This document shows, one piece after another, positions 15,503 to 35,205 of a stretch of 64,000 nucleotides of DNA. The stretch is from Flaccisagitta enflata. Lineage: Eukaryota. The DNA is taken from the NCBI GenBank assembly GCA_965153355.1, contig OZ231126.1, forward strand, positions 30,380,001-30,444,000, given 5' to 3'. The notes under the pieces were generated by a model. That model made no database searches, had not been told where the DNA came from, and saw only the letters and a program-made list of their open reading frames with translations. Each line of letters starts with the position of its first letter. Position 1 is the first letter of the stretch. The position numbers and the translations under genes were made by a program.

Positions 15503-15659
15503 GTAAGTTGATTGTTTAGAATCGCCTTTAAAACCGAAGTAGTAAGGTCCACTCTATAAGAGTTGTCACTGCTCTAAAAAAACCGTCGCTGAACCAACAT
15601 TTAGCATTTAATATCATCTTTTTAGATTCTTGAAACGAATATGATTATGCCTTTTTAAG

Positions 15660-15978
15660 GTAAATCGGAAGGAAATTCTACACATTTTCTTGCGCTGGCG
15701 CTAGTGACACAATTGGATGCAACCCATACAAGAAAACGGTGCCCCCCATAAAAGGCACCAAATGCGTCTGCGATGACAAGGACGGTTGCAACACGGGATC
15801 AACCAAAGAACCAAATTGCAACTTGCTGCTCACACAAGTTTTTGTTGTGTTGCTTTTCGGAAGTAAGTTGTCATCGTCATTACTACGTATCTCTGTCGTG
15901 ATAATAATGTTTTGGAATTTTGGTGTGCTATCACATTTAGGTGCTACATGTGTACTGCATAGTTTTCTAACGAGTTGA
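15660..15978 (+). CDS. Ly6/three-finger protein, coding exon 3 (CxCxxxxxCN motif + hydrophobic GPI-signal-like tail); apparent 1-nt deletion at the exon start
   Basis: TTTTTAAG acceptor. Reads IGRKFYTFSCAGASDTIGCNPYKKTVPPIKGTKCVCDDKDGCNTGSTKEPNCNLLLTQVFVVLLFG. Joins exon 2 in frame only if one extra base is added near 15662. Stop at 15976-15978, or an alternative GTAAGT donor at 15863. Confidence 0.7.
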
Positions 15979-15982
15979 TATC

Positions 15983-16023
<41 letters not shown>

Positions 16024-16054
16024 GTCTCTCTGTCTCTCTCTGTCTCTCTCTGTC

Positions 16055-16181
<127 letters not shown>

Positions 16182-16414
16182 AACAGGATTGAATGGAACC
16201 GAATGACGAAATAACTAATGAACTGAGAGACTGATTTCATAACGCCTCTAAAAAGGAAAAGGGACTCGGTCTTCATTGCGTTTGATTCTATCACCTAAAA
16301 TTCACATACGCATAGTTGAATACTTTGATCATTTGATTGTAAATCGGAATGAGTCGATACGCGGAATTTTGATCATTTTAACAGCTTAAGACAGTATGCC
16401 GGATGCCCAGATCC

Positions 16415-17037
16415 TACTATGTCGTGGTGCAGAACAGCGCCAAATTTGACAAATCGTTCTGAACTGTGATAGAATACGCCACTATGCAGCGGAAATGTGG
16501 CAAAAACTAAAGTGTTATGCATGCTTTATACTCCCTAAATTAATTAAAAACCGGTTAAGTGACCAATGGTATTGATCTCGCGTCGGTAAAGTCGCAGCAT
16601 ACTCAGTGAAACAACAGAATTCTTGGAAAAAAATTGCACGGAAAACTTTAGATGTTGCCACGTAAAAAACCGAATCTGTCTCTGAATGCAACATTTTGCA
16701 TTTCTAAACACATGGCCTGTTTCTTAAAAGTTTTCAGACTGATGCCATGTTTTTCAAAATGCAAAATTTTGAATTAAGAGACAGATTCGGTTTTTTACGC
16801 GAGACATGTCAATGCACAAGAATCCATTTTTGGTAAAAATACATCAATTTCGCATGCTTTTTTCTCTAATTTCCTAAGCATATGGTACAGAAAAACGTTT
16901 TTCTATGCAAAAAATTGATGATTACCAACCATAAATCCTTTATCTACATAAAAATTCTTTGAATAGATAAGATAAAAAATATCATATAAATCGTTTTGAC
17001 TTGTCAAATTGCGCACTCGTTTGCACTATGACCTATA
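16415..17037. mobile_element. Degenerate MITE with internal inverted repeat
   Basis: Diverged ends (GTGCA..AATTTGACAA versus TTGTCAAATT..TGCAC) and an internal inverted repeat at 16661-16799. Confidence 0.45.
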
Positions 17038-17050
17038 TAGGAAACAGATA

Positions 17051-18180
17051 CAGTACCTTCCGAGCAAACCCGGCTAAAACTGGAGGATTAATTTTTGTTA
17101 TTTCAATTTCATTTCCCAAATTTTATTTTTTGTATTTAACTTAATAAAAAGATACTTAATTCCTTGAACATATTTTGCTGTTAAAAAAAATAACTCGTGA
17201 AATCAAAGTGCATGAAGACATCAATTTGAAGTCTTCTAACCCAGACCATTGGATTCAGCAGAAAATTTTACCTTCCCTTGACAACAAGAACAGCTCAATT
17301 AGATAATTATTCCAGGTTTTATGGTCATTTAAAGTTTTTAAGAGCAATTGTCCTAAATCATTTTAAGACAATTGTCCTTAGAAAATTAAAATAGCTGTAA
17401 AACCTGTACATAAGACTTAAAAACAACTGAGTAAATCTAGGCTATAAAGTGTTTACCGCGTCATACCAAGTCAGCCGGAAAAAGACGCAAGATTAGATTT
17501 AAATGAAAAAAGGAATAAAGCTAAAAAGAAAAAGAACGATTACAATCAGGAACTATGACCAAGTTATCGACGCATTGAAATTAATTTGTCGCGGATTTTT
17601 TTTGAGAAGAATCAACTTGAAAAAGGTTGTTAACTAATTTGCCACGCGTAAGACTGTCATCGGGTTGTCAGCAAGCGTCATGTAACAATAGACACTGTAT
17701 CAATGCATAATTATCTGCAGACAGATCGAACCTAATTATTGAGCTTAATGTCTGTGACCATAAGTCATTGGTTCTCCTCAAATCAATGATTTTCAGGGCA
17801 TTTAACCTTGCCGGAGAAGATGTTTTTTTATTCATTTTTTCTAGCCCATTGCCTCTTCCCTAGGCCAAAAACAGTGCTAAAATACCGCCAGTTAAAAACC
17901 GGTAATGATTAACCGAGATGAATAGTCATCTGATTGAGATGTTCTTGTTGTCTAGGTTTGATAAAATTTTTTGCTGAATCCAATGGTTTGGGCTAGAACA
18001 CTCCAAATTGATGTCTTCATGCACTTTGATTTAACGAGTTATTTCTTTTTATAGCAAAATATGTTCAAGGAATTAAATATCCTTTAATTAGATCAAATAC
18101 AAAAACAAAAATAAGGAAATAAGATTAAGGTTCCAAAAATTAATCCTCCAGTTTTAGCCGGGTTTGCTCGGAAGGTACTG
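17051..18180. mobile_element. Tc1/mariner-type MITE with long TIRs
   Basis: CAGTACCTTCCGAGCAAACCCGGCTAAAACTGGAGGATTAATTTT at both ends, imperfect arms ~200 bp; TA TSD. Confidence 0.9.
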
Positions 18181-18230
18181 TATACGGACACCTAACCATG
18201 ATTTTAACCGCTAAACTTTATCAACCAATA

Positions 18231-18349
18231 AACAAGGCCGGATACACGAATGGGCAGGGGCCGGAAGCGAAAACCGCTCGAAATTTAACAATAATTGTTA
18301 TCTACCGACCGACAGGGCAAAGTGTAGAGTCGCGTGTCCGCGACTAAAG
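18231..18349 (-). mobile_element. Short HINE subfamily B
   Basis: AACAAGGCCGGATACAC ... AGTCGCGTGTCCGCGACTAAA. Confidence 0.7.
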
Positions 18350-18753
18350 ATTGAACGCACTTCAACAAACTATGACAACAAATTTTTGATTCAAGACTAA
18401 GCAGACTCCAGAGCTCAGTAGCTCAATCCGTTTCCAAATGAGCACATGATCGGTCAAAATACCATATGATGACTGAAGATTGATACTTTTGTATATCGAT
18501 TTCATTCAGTGAGTGAAAAGGCTGACTTTCCTCCAGCTGTCCGTATACAGTAGTTGTCGTCTAGACTTGGAAATACGGAGGAATTCATCACAGGATGACA
18601 AATATATTTAATTCTAAGAGACTAATATTTGGAATATATATTAAAGGATGCTTTATTGCCCATGGGTGTCGGTTGCCATGGAAACCTATTTCCATTTATT
18701 CACGCTTTTTAAAATTCTCTCTAGGGAACATTTTTTAAAATACAATTTTCTAG

Positions 18754-18850
<97 letters not shown>
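18754..18850. repeat. (CAA)n microsatellite
   Basis: Direct reading. Confidence 0.95.
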
Positions 18851-19100
18851 TGCACGACGCCCTTTTCAGGAGGTGGAGAGTACAAGTGTTTGGAGATAAC
18901 GACAGTCTGATATTCACAACTGAATTAACCAATTAGTAGTCGCTTGCGGGTGGGCAAGGGCAGTGAAGAGGTTGGGCAGGGGCCTCAATATGACTGGACG
19001 GGGATCGTAATGAAGATGGAAAATGGCAAAAATACTCGGAAATCACCAACTTTAGTCACCATTTAAAATACAATTCATAAACAAAGATTTGAATTCATAC

Positions 19101-21516
<2,416 letters not shown>

Positions 21517-22317
21517 TTCCACTTCATTTCCGGTTTCAATAAATGTCCAAATTTACGTCATTTTGGGTTCATTTTCAATTTTGTTTCATTCCCATATTCA
21601 CTGCCTCATTTTTATGTCTTTTTTTCGGGTTTGCTTCATTTTTTTTATTTCAATTTACTTTCTTCTTTTTACTTCAGTCCGGTTTTGTTTCATTTCCAGA
21701 TTTCCTTCATTTTCTGTTTTTTTTTTTCTTTCCGATTCATTTTCAGTTTTCCTTCATTTTCGGTTTTGTATCATCTCCGACTTCAATTTGTTCTCGATTT
21801 TGCCATTTTGATTTGAAATACTCTCATCATCGATAAAGTTTTCGAATTTGATCTCATTTGTTCACAAATCCACACGACGTATTCCAAGACAGTTCATGAT
21901 AATGTACCGACGATTCAACACGACAACCGACATTTTGATCAATTTTCAACATTTTTTGCGCAGTTTTCAGTTGGTAAACAAACCTGCAATAAATCTGCGG
22001 TAAAAACTTTGTTTGCTGATATTAAAAACAAATTGATTATACATATATAGATCAACACTGGTTTTGATAACTAACATTGGTTTGTCAAAATACTGTCTGT
22101 CTCCAATCCATCTTTAGTTATGGATGATTTTTTATGTCTATGATTCTTCTTCCCCCCCCCCCCAAAAAAAAATCTAAAAATAATGTAGAAACCGCGCGAG
22201 TAGAAATGAGGCGTTCGGCGGTCGTTGCCCTTTTTGTTTTCCCTCTGCCGTATTTTATTAGTGTTGCGCAGACACTTGATCAATGTTGCCCGTACGCGCA
22301 TGCTATGTTGTCTGGAC

Positions 22318-22332
22318 GCTGATTGGCTATTG
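22318..22332 (-). promoter_or_regulatory. Possible CCAAT box of the minus-strand gene
   Basis: AGCCAATCAG on the minus strand in a CpG-rich patch (22190-22330), upstream of a TTTATTGCAG acceptor at ~21986. Confidence 0.3.
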
Positions 22333-22576
22333 ACGCTCTCTCACCTTATCGAATCATAACAAGACTACCGGTCCAGTATTTGCTTACTTTTAACTTTGGT
22401 TTTTCTCTGTCATTGGTCGCCTACCTCTTGAACAATTAAGACGTCTCTTCTTATAATTTTATGACATTTTTATGTGACATTTTATCGATCCAGCGAACAT
22501 CCATGGAATGGAAGGACGTGAATAAATAAGTGAAATAAAAGGAAATAAAACACTCGGAAATGAAATAAAAACAATA

Positions 22577-23000
22577 CACTCTTTTTTTTTTATAAGAACC
22601 TAGTTTATAAGAACATCAAGGCTTCAAATGGCCTCAAAATTAAGAACATCTTAAGAACATATGAAGGCTTCATTTTGAGAGAAAAAAATTTTGTTAATTG
22701 TGATACTTAAGAAATATCAATAAAATACTAAAATTTTAGTACATTTACCATAAAATCTTACTACCTTAATGATAAATTCCTTGAAAATACCCTTTGATTT
22801 TGTTGTTTAGTATCTATTTTAGTAAATATTGATTAACATGTATTAATTATCATTGAATAACAGTAAATCATAAGGTTTCTTTTAATTTATACAGTATTTG
22901 AAATTAAGAACATGTTAAGAACAGTGAAGGCTTAAATTGGCCTTCAAAATAAGAACATGAAGCCTTCGAAAAAAATGACGTTCTCATAAAAAAAAGAGTG
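22577..23000. mobile_element. Tc1/mariner-type MITE
   Basis: TIR CACTCTTTTTTTT(T)ATRAGAAC, internal TAAGAACA repeats, TA TSD. Confidence 0.8.
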
Positions 23001-24053
23001 TACTACAAACAGTGAAAAGACTCCAGAAATACAAACATTTAGCCAGAGGAGGCTTGAAGGATACAGCGGTTTGTGTCTCTTTTTGGTGTCTCTTTTGGAC
23101 GTCCACGGCGCTAAGAGGAGACATTTTGGCAGATATTTGGCGTCATTCTTGCAGGTTGAGTTTGTGGGCTGTTGATCTGCTACTGAGTCCGATGCATTGT
23201 CAGGTCAGGTTTGGGGGTTTGTTTGTTGGTCTTTGGAGGCTTTTAGGGGCCTCATTAATAAATCGGTAAAAAGCCAAAAAAAAAAAAAAAAAAAAAAAGC
23301 CGCATTTTAAAGGTGACTGCGATTGCATTTTGCTGAGCCAAAGACCAGACGGAATTCTTTGTTTTTATCATTCATGATCCCCTTTTTTTGTTCCTCTCTT
23401 CTGCTTCGTCTTTTCATTTACTTTTTTTATAATTTCTTGTTTTTGTTATTCAAATCATTTGTCTTTCATTTCATGTGTGTGTGGAGGTGGAAGCAGCTCT
23501 CTCTCTCGATCTATGTTCTTTTTTGTTTTTCATTCTTTTTTCGGTATCGAAAGGAAGAGGAAAGGAGGGAAGAATGGAAGATGATTTGCTCTACTAGTCC
23601 ACCTGCCGGTATGCAAGAAAAGTATTTTCATCATCTAGAAATGAACGTGTTCATGATGCGACCATATTTTGTCTTGTTTAGATTGATATTCGCCCATTCA
23701 TGTTCTCTCATGTACAATCATCACCGCATGGGCGTTGCCTACTATCCAGGAAATATGTTTGGAAGCACCTTAAAAGAGGAATATCTTAACTCCCCGTTGA
23801 GATAAATAAGAAAAATCTATGAGCATTTTAATCTACATCGAAAAATCTACAATATGAGTGCGATCTCGTCTCTTTGCGTCAAACCGTTAAAAAATGCCAT
23901 TAGTTTGAAGTTAATCATGCACTTTTAAAAATGGCAAAAAAAGAAGAATTTATTTTTTCTCCTACCCTTCCATCTTTGAATTACTCTCAAATTTTACATA
24001 AAAAAATGATAAAAACATGCGGATTGCTCCGCTGGTTAGCTCTCGAGCTTTAG

Positions 24054-26054
24054 TTATCTACAATTGCGGATGTGGCAGTTGAAAAGGACATTCGCTTCTG
24101 GATCACTGATGATCTGTCTTTGTCTACTCATGTGAGTAAAGCACGATGCAAAGCACTTGCAGAAATTGCTCGTATCAGAAGGAACTTCACGCACATTGAT
24201 AAGAGGGCCTTTTGTGTTCTGTAAAACCAGCGCATAAGGCCCCACCATGACTATGGCATGACAGTCTGCCCGCCGGGAACATCAGCAGAGTCCAAGCAGT
24301 TGGAGGCTGTGCAATTCAAGCGACAGCGCTGGTCATGGGACTCAAGAAGCTGAATTCGGAAGAAAGGCGGAAAAAGTTGGGACTGATGACACTTAAACAG
24401 AGGAGGGAGAGAGGTGACCTGATTGAGGTGTTCAAAATCCTCCATGGCCTGAAAAGGATAGACCCTGGGCACTTCTGGGAAGTCAGAAATGCAAGGGGTG
24501 GTCCAAGGTTGGTAAAGGCTATAGCTGAGAATGGACGGAAACTGGCCATCTTACTTCTCATAAAGCGTGATTCAAAAATGGAATTTCTTGGGAGCGGAAC
24601 TACAGTATGATTTTTTTCAAATGACATAAAAGATGACGACATAAATCCTAAACGAATCAACATAATCAAATTCTGAAAAAAAAAACGCCTGAAAGAGTAG
24701 GTTAATGCATTTATTCATGCCAAATTTCAGCATTCCGACTCAAGTAGTTTAGCCTCAATCGCTTTTTGAAGTCAAACTATAAATCATCCAAAATAACTTT
24801 TTTTAAACTATAACAAAAGAAAAAAAGTGAACTACTTGTTTGTCAGTGTTTAACATCCAAGCAATGAGAAAAACATAGCAAAATCTATGACCATTTTGAA
24901 GCTCTGCGAAAGATCTTTCAAATGAGACCTTGCTGGATATCCTAGCTCTATCCGTTTAGAAATGGCATTAGAATGAAGACTAGGTAGTCAAGAATGCGGA
25001 ATTTCACAACGTGATTTTCATGGGTTATCTTTATTCTAACTTAAAAATCAAATGCAATGAGTCAGAAATTTGTCCTTGGTCCCATTTTAAAGAAAATTTG
25101 AAGCTCTTTAATTTGCTCATGGATAACAAGTAGCTAAGACAATCCTGACCTGCATCATTGAAAAAAACGAAATGACAAAAATTACTCATTGGAAAAAAAT
25201 TGAAATGATCATTTTTTTTCAATCAGTGATTTTTTTCTTCAAACCTTTGCCATTTCTAAACAAATTAAGCTACAATTACCAGCAACGTCGCGTTTGGAAG
25301 AATTTTTGCAGAGCTTTCAAACGGTCATGGATTTTCCATGGTTCAGGTCCTTGGTTAAGCCAAAATTAGCAAAACATAGTGTTTGCCTTTTTTCTTTGCC
25401 ATAGGAGTAGGAAGAAATTGATATCTTCACTTTAAATGTAAATAGAAGCTAAATTACTTGAGTCGGAATGCTGAAATTTAGCATGAATAAATGCATTAAC
25501 CTACTCTTTCAGGCGTTTTTTTGCAGAATTTGATTATGTTGATTCGTTCAGGATTTATGTTGTCATCTTTTATGTCATTTGAAAAAAATCATACTGTAAA
25601 AACCGCACCCTGGCTGGAATGTTTCAAGTGCTGGTTGGATGAAAATCTGCTTGGTAGCAATTAGCTGATGATTAAATTGGACCGTGTTTAGTGACAGGCC
25701 GCACGTTTTGGCCCTCATAGAACAGATGGTCACTTGAAATCAGCCAATATTGGTTCTGGTGAATAGTGAGAGAGCCGCACACTCTGGCCCTCACAGATGG
25801 TTTAGGTAGAATTGCTGGTGTTATCATAATGCTACCTCTCGCTTTGGACTCTGTTGGATTTTGGGGACACATCTTTTTGTACGGGACATCAATGGAGCTC
25901 TTTAGAGGTTTTGCGCGTTGGTATTGTATCGGTAACATCACCTTTGTGATTTGATGGGTGTGTTTTGAACGGGTGAATGTTTGACTTATTGATGCTAGGT
26001 CAACAGGCAGTGTTGCCTTCCTTTACTAGCTAAATGAATTTGAATTTGAATTTG
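24054..26054 (+). mobile_element. 5'-truncated, decayed CR1/L2-type LINE (RT C-terminal region + 3' UTR)
   Basis: Translates to EKDIRFWITDDLSLSTHVSK...IRRNF...RPH.DYG...LEAVQ...LGLMTLKQRRERGDLIEVFKILHG, with a stop and a frameshift. Resumes after the MITE as KTAPWLECFKCWLDE. (TGAATT)n tail at 26035-26054. Confidence 0.8.
24603..25596. mobile_element. Tc1/mariner-type foldback MITE inserted in the LINE
   Basis: Long TIR CAGTATGATTTTTTTCAAATGACATAAAAGATGAC...; TA TSD. Removing it restores the reading GCG GAA CTA AAA ACC GCA. Confidence 0.9.
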
Positions 26055-26555
26055 TATAATCTCATGGATTTTTTGTCAGTTTTCAAAAGGGTAGTAGCCC
26101 AATTATGCAGCCAAAATGACCAGAATATACCATTTTTACCACAACCACTTCTTAGTTGTGATAAACGAGTCAAACTTGCGGTTCCTTAATTGGATTGAAG
26201 ATAGTTTTTCTCTTTTGTTCTAGTTGGTATGAATATAGAGATAACCAAAAACAATCAGGTATATGAGTCTTAAGTGCATAAGGGGGAAAACATACTACAA
26301 ACCCTATGTGCTTCCAATTTTTTTTTCGTAGACAGTAACATACGCATTCAATATTGTTCAATGCATATTTAAGAACGAGAGCACGATGTGCACATTTTTC
26401 ATTTAGTATGAACACTTTTTTATTTTTATTTTTTTGCTAACAATTTTCATTGTTCCTGGGCTAAAATGGAAGTTCCGGTACGAAATCTGAAATCGCTCTG
26501 AGATTTATATTATAAGTGTTTTTTTTCGGAATTCCGCGGCTTCCGTCATGGAAAA

Positions 26556-26661
<106 letters not shown>

Positions 26662-26667
26662 CAGATC

Positions 26668-26705
<38 letters not shown>

Positions 26706-26831
26706 CACAGAGATTGGGACAAAGAGTCACGGATAGAGACGGACAGATAGAAAATAGAACAAGACAGAGAAGAAGAAAAATAAATCCAGCGACAAAGAGG
26801 AACATGCAACAGTTAAGGATTGTATGGTAGT

Positions 26832-27140
26832 AAACAAACCCGACCGGGCAACGATGCGTCCGGACTGTGTCTTCGCTTATACTGAATTTGGCGCTAAACA
26901 TGTAACAAATATAGAGAGACAGATGGAAGAACAGACAGATGAAACGACAGAATAGCAAAAGAGGCTCTCAAGACACGTTTGTCGACCATTTGATTCAGTA
27001 TGGGATCTCAAAAATAGTCGAGAAACGCGGTTTTTGCACAGGCGTAACAGACATACCAATGAAGAAACTGACGGATGGACTGACAGACGGACGGACGGAC
27101 CCTCTAATAGAGATGCGTTCTTGACGGACGCATCTTAAAA
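26832..27140 (-). mobile_element. HINE, AGATGCG-hairpin subfamily
   Basis: AACAAACCCGACCGGG end, (GACG)n, AGATGCGTTCTTGACGGACGCATCT hairpin + AAAA. Confidence 0.6.
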
Positions 27141-27661
27141 CATTGTCAGAAAGCGTGACAAGTATCAAAAGATAACAAGGAAGATCTCTCAATCTACACG
27201 TGAAGTTGAAAACTCAATGAATGAATTCGGGAGATGCATTCTGAAGTTATTTCTTCTTTCGTGAAAGCGTCAAAAAGAATTCACTTTCGATGCCACGTTT
27301 CCACACAAAATCGTCAATCGTCAACAAAGAAGTAAAAGAACCTATGTAAAACTTGAGTTGCTAAAAAAGTGAAAAGAAAATTCAAAAAACATGAAAAGGA
27401 ATAACAACCCTGTAGGAGGGCAGTAATTGTAAGTAAAGGTAATCTAGAACGACAATTAGTGAAACGAATAACGGTAACGCGTAAACGTGGACTATTTTCA
27501 AATGAAATAGAATTAAACCGGCAGAAAAGAACGTTTCTTATCGCGAAAAAATGCGAGAAAAAAATTAAGAAGAAAGATAGGTGACAAGAATTTGGCGCAC
27601 TTAAAAAACTAACATTAAATACTTATTTAGTTTATCTGATGCTGTCACGACCACAAAAATG

Positions 27662-27757
<96 letters not shown>

Positions 27758-28739
27758 CAGACAGTTGAGATAGACGGAACGGAGGATGATCACGATTGTT
27801 ACTAAAGTATTGCTTAGCATGTCTTTAATAATGCTTAATTGCTACTAATGCAATTTCTTAAGAGAAATTACAGATGAACATGAATTTTGTTACAGCACCC
27901 TCGGGCGCATGGGCGGCTTAAGAGGTAATTCTTAAGAATACAGGTAGTGTTCGTTACTTGGCCTTAGATTCTGTTTTAAAACGGGCCAAAGAGTGTCTGA
28001 CACAGACACAGAACAACTGAAGGTCAAACGTACTGACCGACACGTGGTTGCCGCCTCTTTGCTCTTTTTTCACCTCTTGTCCGACAAAGATGGCGCGTTC
28101 TAATGAAAGCCGAAAAACGTTTTCCAATGTTCATTTTGATTTTATCCGAGTTTTGACACTATGCAAAACGGATCTAAGGCCAGATTCATGCGGGTTTTTG
28201 ACGGTTTTATGTAATTCGTTGATAGGAATACAATCAAATACAATTTGGATTTTCGCACGTTCGAGAACTAACGTCGTAATTGACTTTTTTTTTCTCGCAA
28301 TTTAGATTTGACGATTTCGAGGATAGAATGGATGATCCGGTCCCATCAAATTGATACGCCGTTTAAATGCCACTGCAATCCGCATTTGAGTTTTTGTTAC
28401 TTTTTTTTTTATTGGGATTTTTTCGCACGTGCTCAAGGAGGTTATAAATTCATGATTCACTTGGTCTTGTTCTTTTTTTTTTCAGCGTAGCGTGCCTTTA
28501 AATAATAAAAGATGAATTCGGTGGATGTGAAATCTTATTTTCTCCATCAACAATGGAATTCAGAGGGAACTTCCCTCCCACTCCATTAGCACCCACCCTT
28601 CCATTTAGCTTACTCTCTTTCCATTGGCTGTTTGTCTGTCTGTCTATCTGTCTGGCTGTATGTCCGTCTCTCTTTGTGTGTGTCTATCTGTCTGTCTCTA
28701 TGTCTGTCTGTTTGTCTCTCTATCTGTCTCTCTATCTAA

Positions 28740-28948
<209 letters not shown>

Positions 28949-29087
28949 CCACCCCCTCTTCCTTTCAGTCCAGCGATTGCGGCAAATGCACAATACAAAC
29001 AAAAATGCATTGGATGAGGAAAGCAGAGGGCAGAGGGCGTCTGAGAAGGAAATGAAACAAAAACATGGGAACGGAAAAAACAAGGTC

Positions 29088-29604
29088 AACAAACCTTAGT
29101 CGCGTGGTAATAAGGGTAATAAAGGTAATAAAGGTTATAAAGGTAATTAAGGTAATTAAGGTAATTATAGTAATTAAGGTAATTAAGATAATGAAGATAA
29201 CTAAGTACCTATATCTTCCTATAATTACCCACACTTACCTACAACTACCTGTAACTACCTATAATTACCTACAATTACATTAAATTACCATGAATTATCT
29301 TTAATAACCTATAATTACCCATTATTTCCTATATTTTCTACAATTACCTCAATTTATAGTCCGAGACAACTTTTCTGACTTATATGATACAGATTACTAA
29401 AATACCTATATTTACCTATAATTACCTAAAATTACCTAATATTACCTATAATTACCAAAAATTACCTAAAATTACCATTAATAACCTTCAATAACCTTTA
29501 AAACGACAATAAAGCCTATATTTCAAAAAAGTTACCGACAGACCGACAGACCGACCGACCGACCGACATAGCGGCTTCTAGAGTCGCGTTCACGCGACTA
29601 AAAA
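29088..29604 (-). mobile_element. HINE carrying a 9-bp (TAATTACCT-like) minisatellite that flips orientation
   Basis: AACAAGGTC end; GGTAATTA repeats followed by TAATTACC repeats; (GACC)n; AGTCGCGTTCACGCGACTAAAA. Confidence 0.7.
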
Positions 29605-30319
29605 GGATTAACAGCGGTAGGGAAACGCAAAGGAGAAATATTGTAATCCGTCAGAAAGTGAACGTATGAGTGTGAGTGTGTGAAACGAGGAGGGCACTCA
29701 AGGCCGAATCCTCATCTGCAAATGCTCCCAAACTACTCAAGGCAGAATTGGACTAGAGTGGTTAAAATTTTCACTGCTCAGTATGATTAAAATGCTTAAT
29801 GAGCGAACTTCAAAAACAAAGTTTTCTTGGGCCCTGATTGATACTTCATATGCATCACTCTTAATCTTTTTTCATATTATCTTCTAACACAATCTATTAT
29901 TGTCAATTTTTGACAATCTTAAAATGAAAATTCCCAAAATTTATATTTTTGATTTTTTTCAAAAAAACATTTATTCTCAGTGGGTGGCATGCTAATGGTA
30001 GAAATCTTTTCCATAGCGAAATCACTTCCATTAACAAAACTTTTCTATCTAGAAAAGATTTCTATGGCCAAATCTCTTCACATCATGAATCTCTCAGCTG
30101 TAGGAGATAAAATGGCGTAGACTATGATTCGTTATCGCTGTTAGGCTATTGCTTGACTTGACTCAGTTGGAAGGGGGAGCTCACAGGATTATGTTATGGA
30201 AATGAAATGATCGTGTTTATAGGATGCAACAATAGGGCAGGTGGCATTCTAAGATTACGTAAAGGACGCTTTATATCTGCACGCTACTCATAAATGATTC
30301 GTTATGGCTGTCGGGTTGT

Positions 30320-33620
<3,301 letters not shown>

Positions 33621-34653
33621 TTCGTCTGTTCACTCCTGACTGTCGGTTAACTCCTGATTCCTTCTGTTAACTCCTGATTCTGTCTGTCAATTTATGATTC
33701 CGTCTGTTGACCCCCGATTCTGTTTGCTGTTTCTCTTTGCTTAATAACAATTTTGTCCGTTCAATCCCAATTTTGATGCTTTAATCCCATTTCTGTCTGT
33801 TCAATTGCATATCGCGATTCTATCTGTTCAATCTCGATGCCTGGGATTAACCGTAATTGTTGTCAATAGAGACACACCAAATGAGTCATTATTAGCAATA
33901 GCCCAACTGCCATAGCGAATCATCATCTACGTCATTTTATCTCCTATAGCTGAGAGATTCATGATAAGAAAAGATTCGGCTATAGAATTCTTTTCTAGAT
34001 AGAAAAGATTCCTTTATAGAAATGATTTCGTTATAGAAATGATTTCTACCATCAGCATGGCGCCCACTGTTCTGTTTAATTTCTAAAGATATCAATGCAG
34101 GAGATAAAAATGTAGAATTTTTTTATTTCTAGATTTTTTTTCATGATATATTTTTATATCCTTGAAAAAATTTCTTTAATTCTTTCTTTAGAATTGGTAA
34201 AAAATGGTGTTAAAATAAGGATAAAGCTAAAAAGTGAAAACAAATTATAAATCAACCTTTTTCAAAAATAAGATAAACCAGTTTTTAAGAATCCCCAAGA
34301 AGAAATAGTAGTAAACTGTAGTAAAAAATAAAAATAAGGGATGTTTTGCTTCATTCCACTCAAGTCCGAATTCTGACTGGTTTCAGTTTTAACTAGTCCA
34401 AAATTTGGCCTAAAATGGTTCCTCCTGTGAGACATGAGAGAGAGAGGGAGAGAGACTCTAACGCGATTGGTTCATCAAAAGACAAGGAAAAGGTGAAATT
34501 TTAAAGAGTAAGAAGAAGAAAGTTAAACAATGGAAATGAAAAAGGAATTTTTATGTTCTGAGAATTGACAATTTGTATTTCAATGTTTTAGGTGACATCC
34601 CTAGATAAAGGCGGCATGGGCCGTCGTAAATTTGGGAAAATTTTGTTATCATT

Positions 34654-34740
<87 letters not shown>

Positions 34741-35010
34741 GAGAGAGAGAAAGAGAGAGAGAGAGACAGAGACAGAGATTTCCATTACTCTTGGCTTTGT
34801 TGTAGCGGGGTGTGACTGTATTCTTTTAATTGTCTATGACATAAATCTACCTAAACAAAAACAAATTTGTCAGCCTATAGACATCCGTTATTTCGAGGTT
34901 CATTGGAGAAGTCCGATAGGCTCGAAGTGAATGGACTTTTTTTTGTATTCACGATGGACACTTCAATCAAACTTGAGGTATCGAGTAAAGAGTTATGGCA
35001 AATGTAAAAG

Positions 35011-35205
35011 AACAAGGCCAACACCTATAAGTCGCGTGCGAGACTTACAGATTGACTTAGAATGACTCCAAATGACTTAGTATACTCTAAAATGACTAAG
35101 AATGACTTAATGAAATAAAATTGATAAAAAAAGTAAAATGTGACCGACCGACCGACCGACCGACGGACAAAGCGGGGTGTAGAGTCGCGTGCAGGCGATT
35201 AAAAA
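35011..35205 (-). mobile_element. HINE subfamily B
   Basis: AACAAGGCC end, (GACC)n, GGGGTGTAGAGTCGCGTGCAGGCGATTAAAA. Confidence 0.7.

Noticed and set aside
25672-25954. Independent small genes
   Set aside because: They lie in the LINE 3' region before its (TGAATT)n tail.
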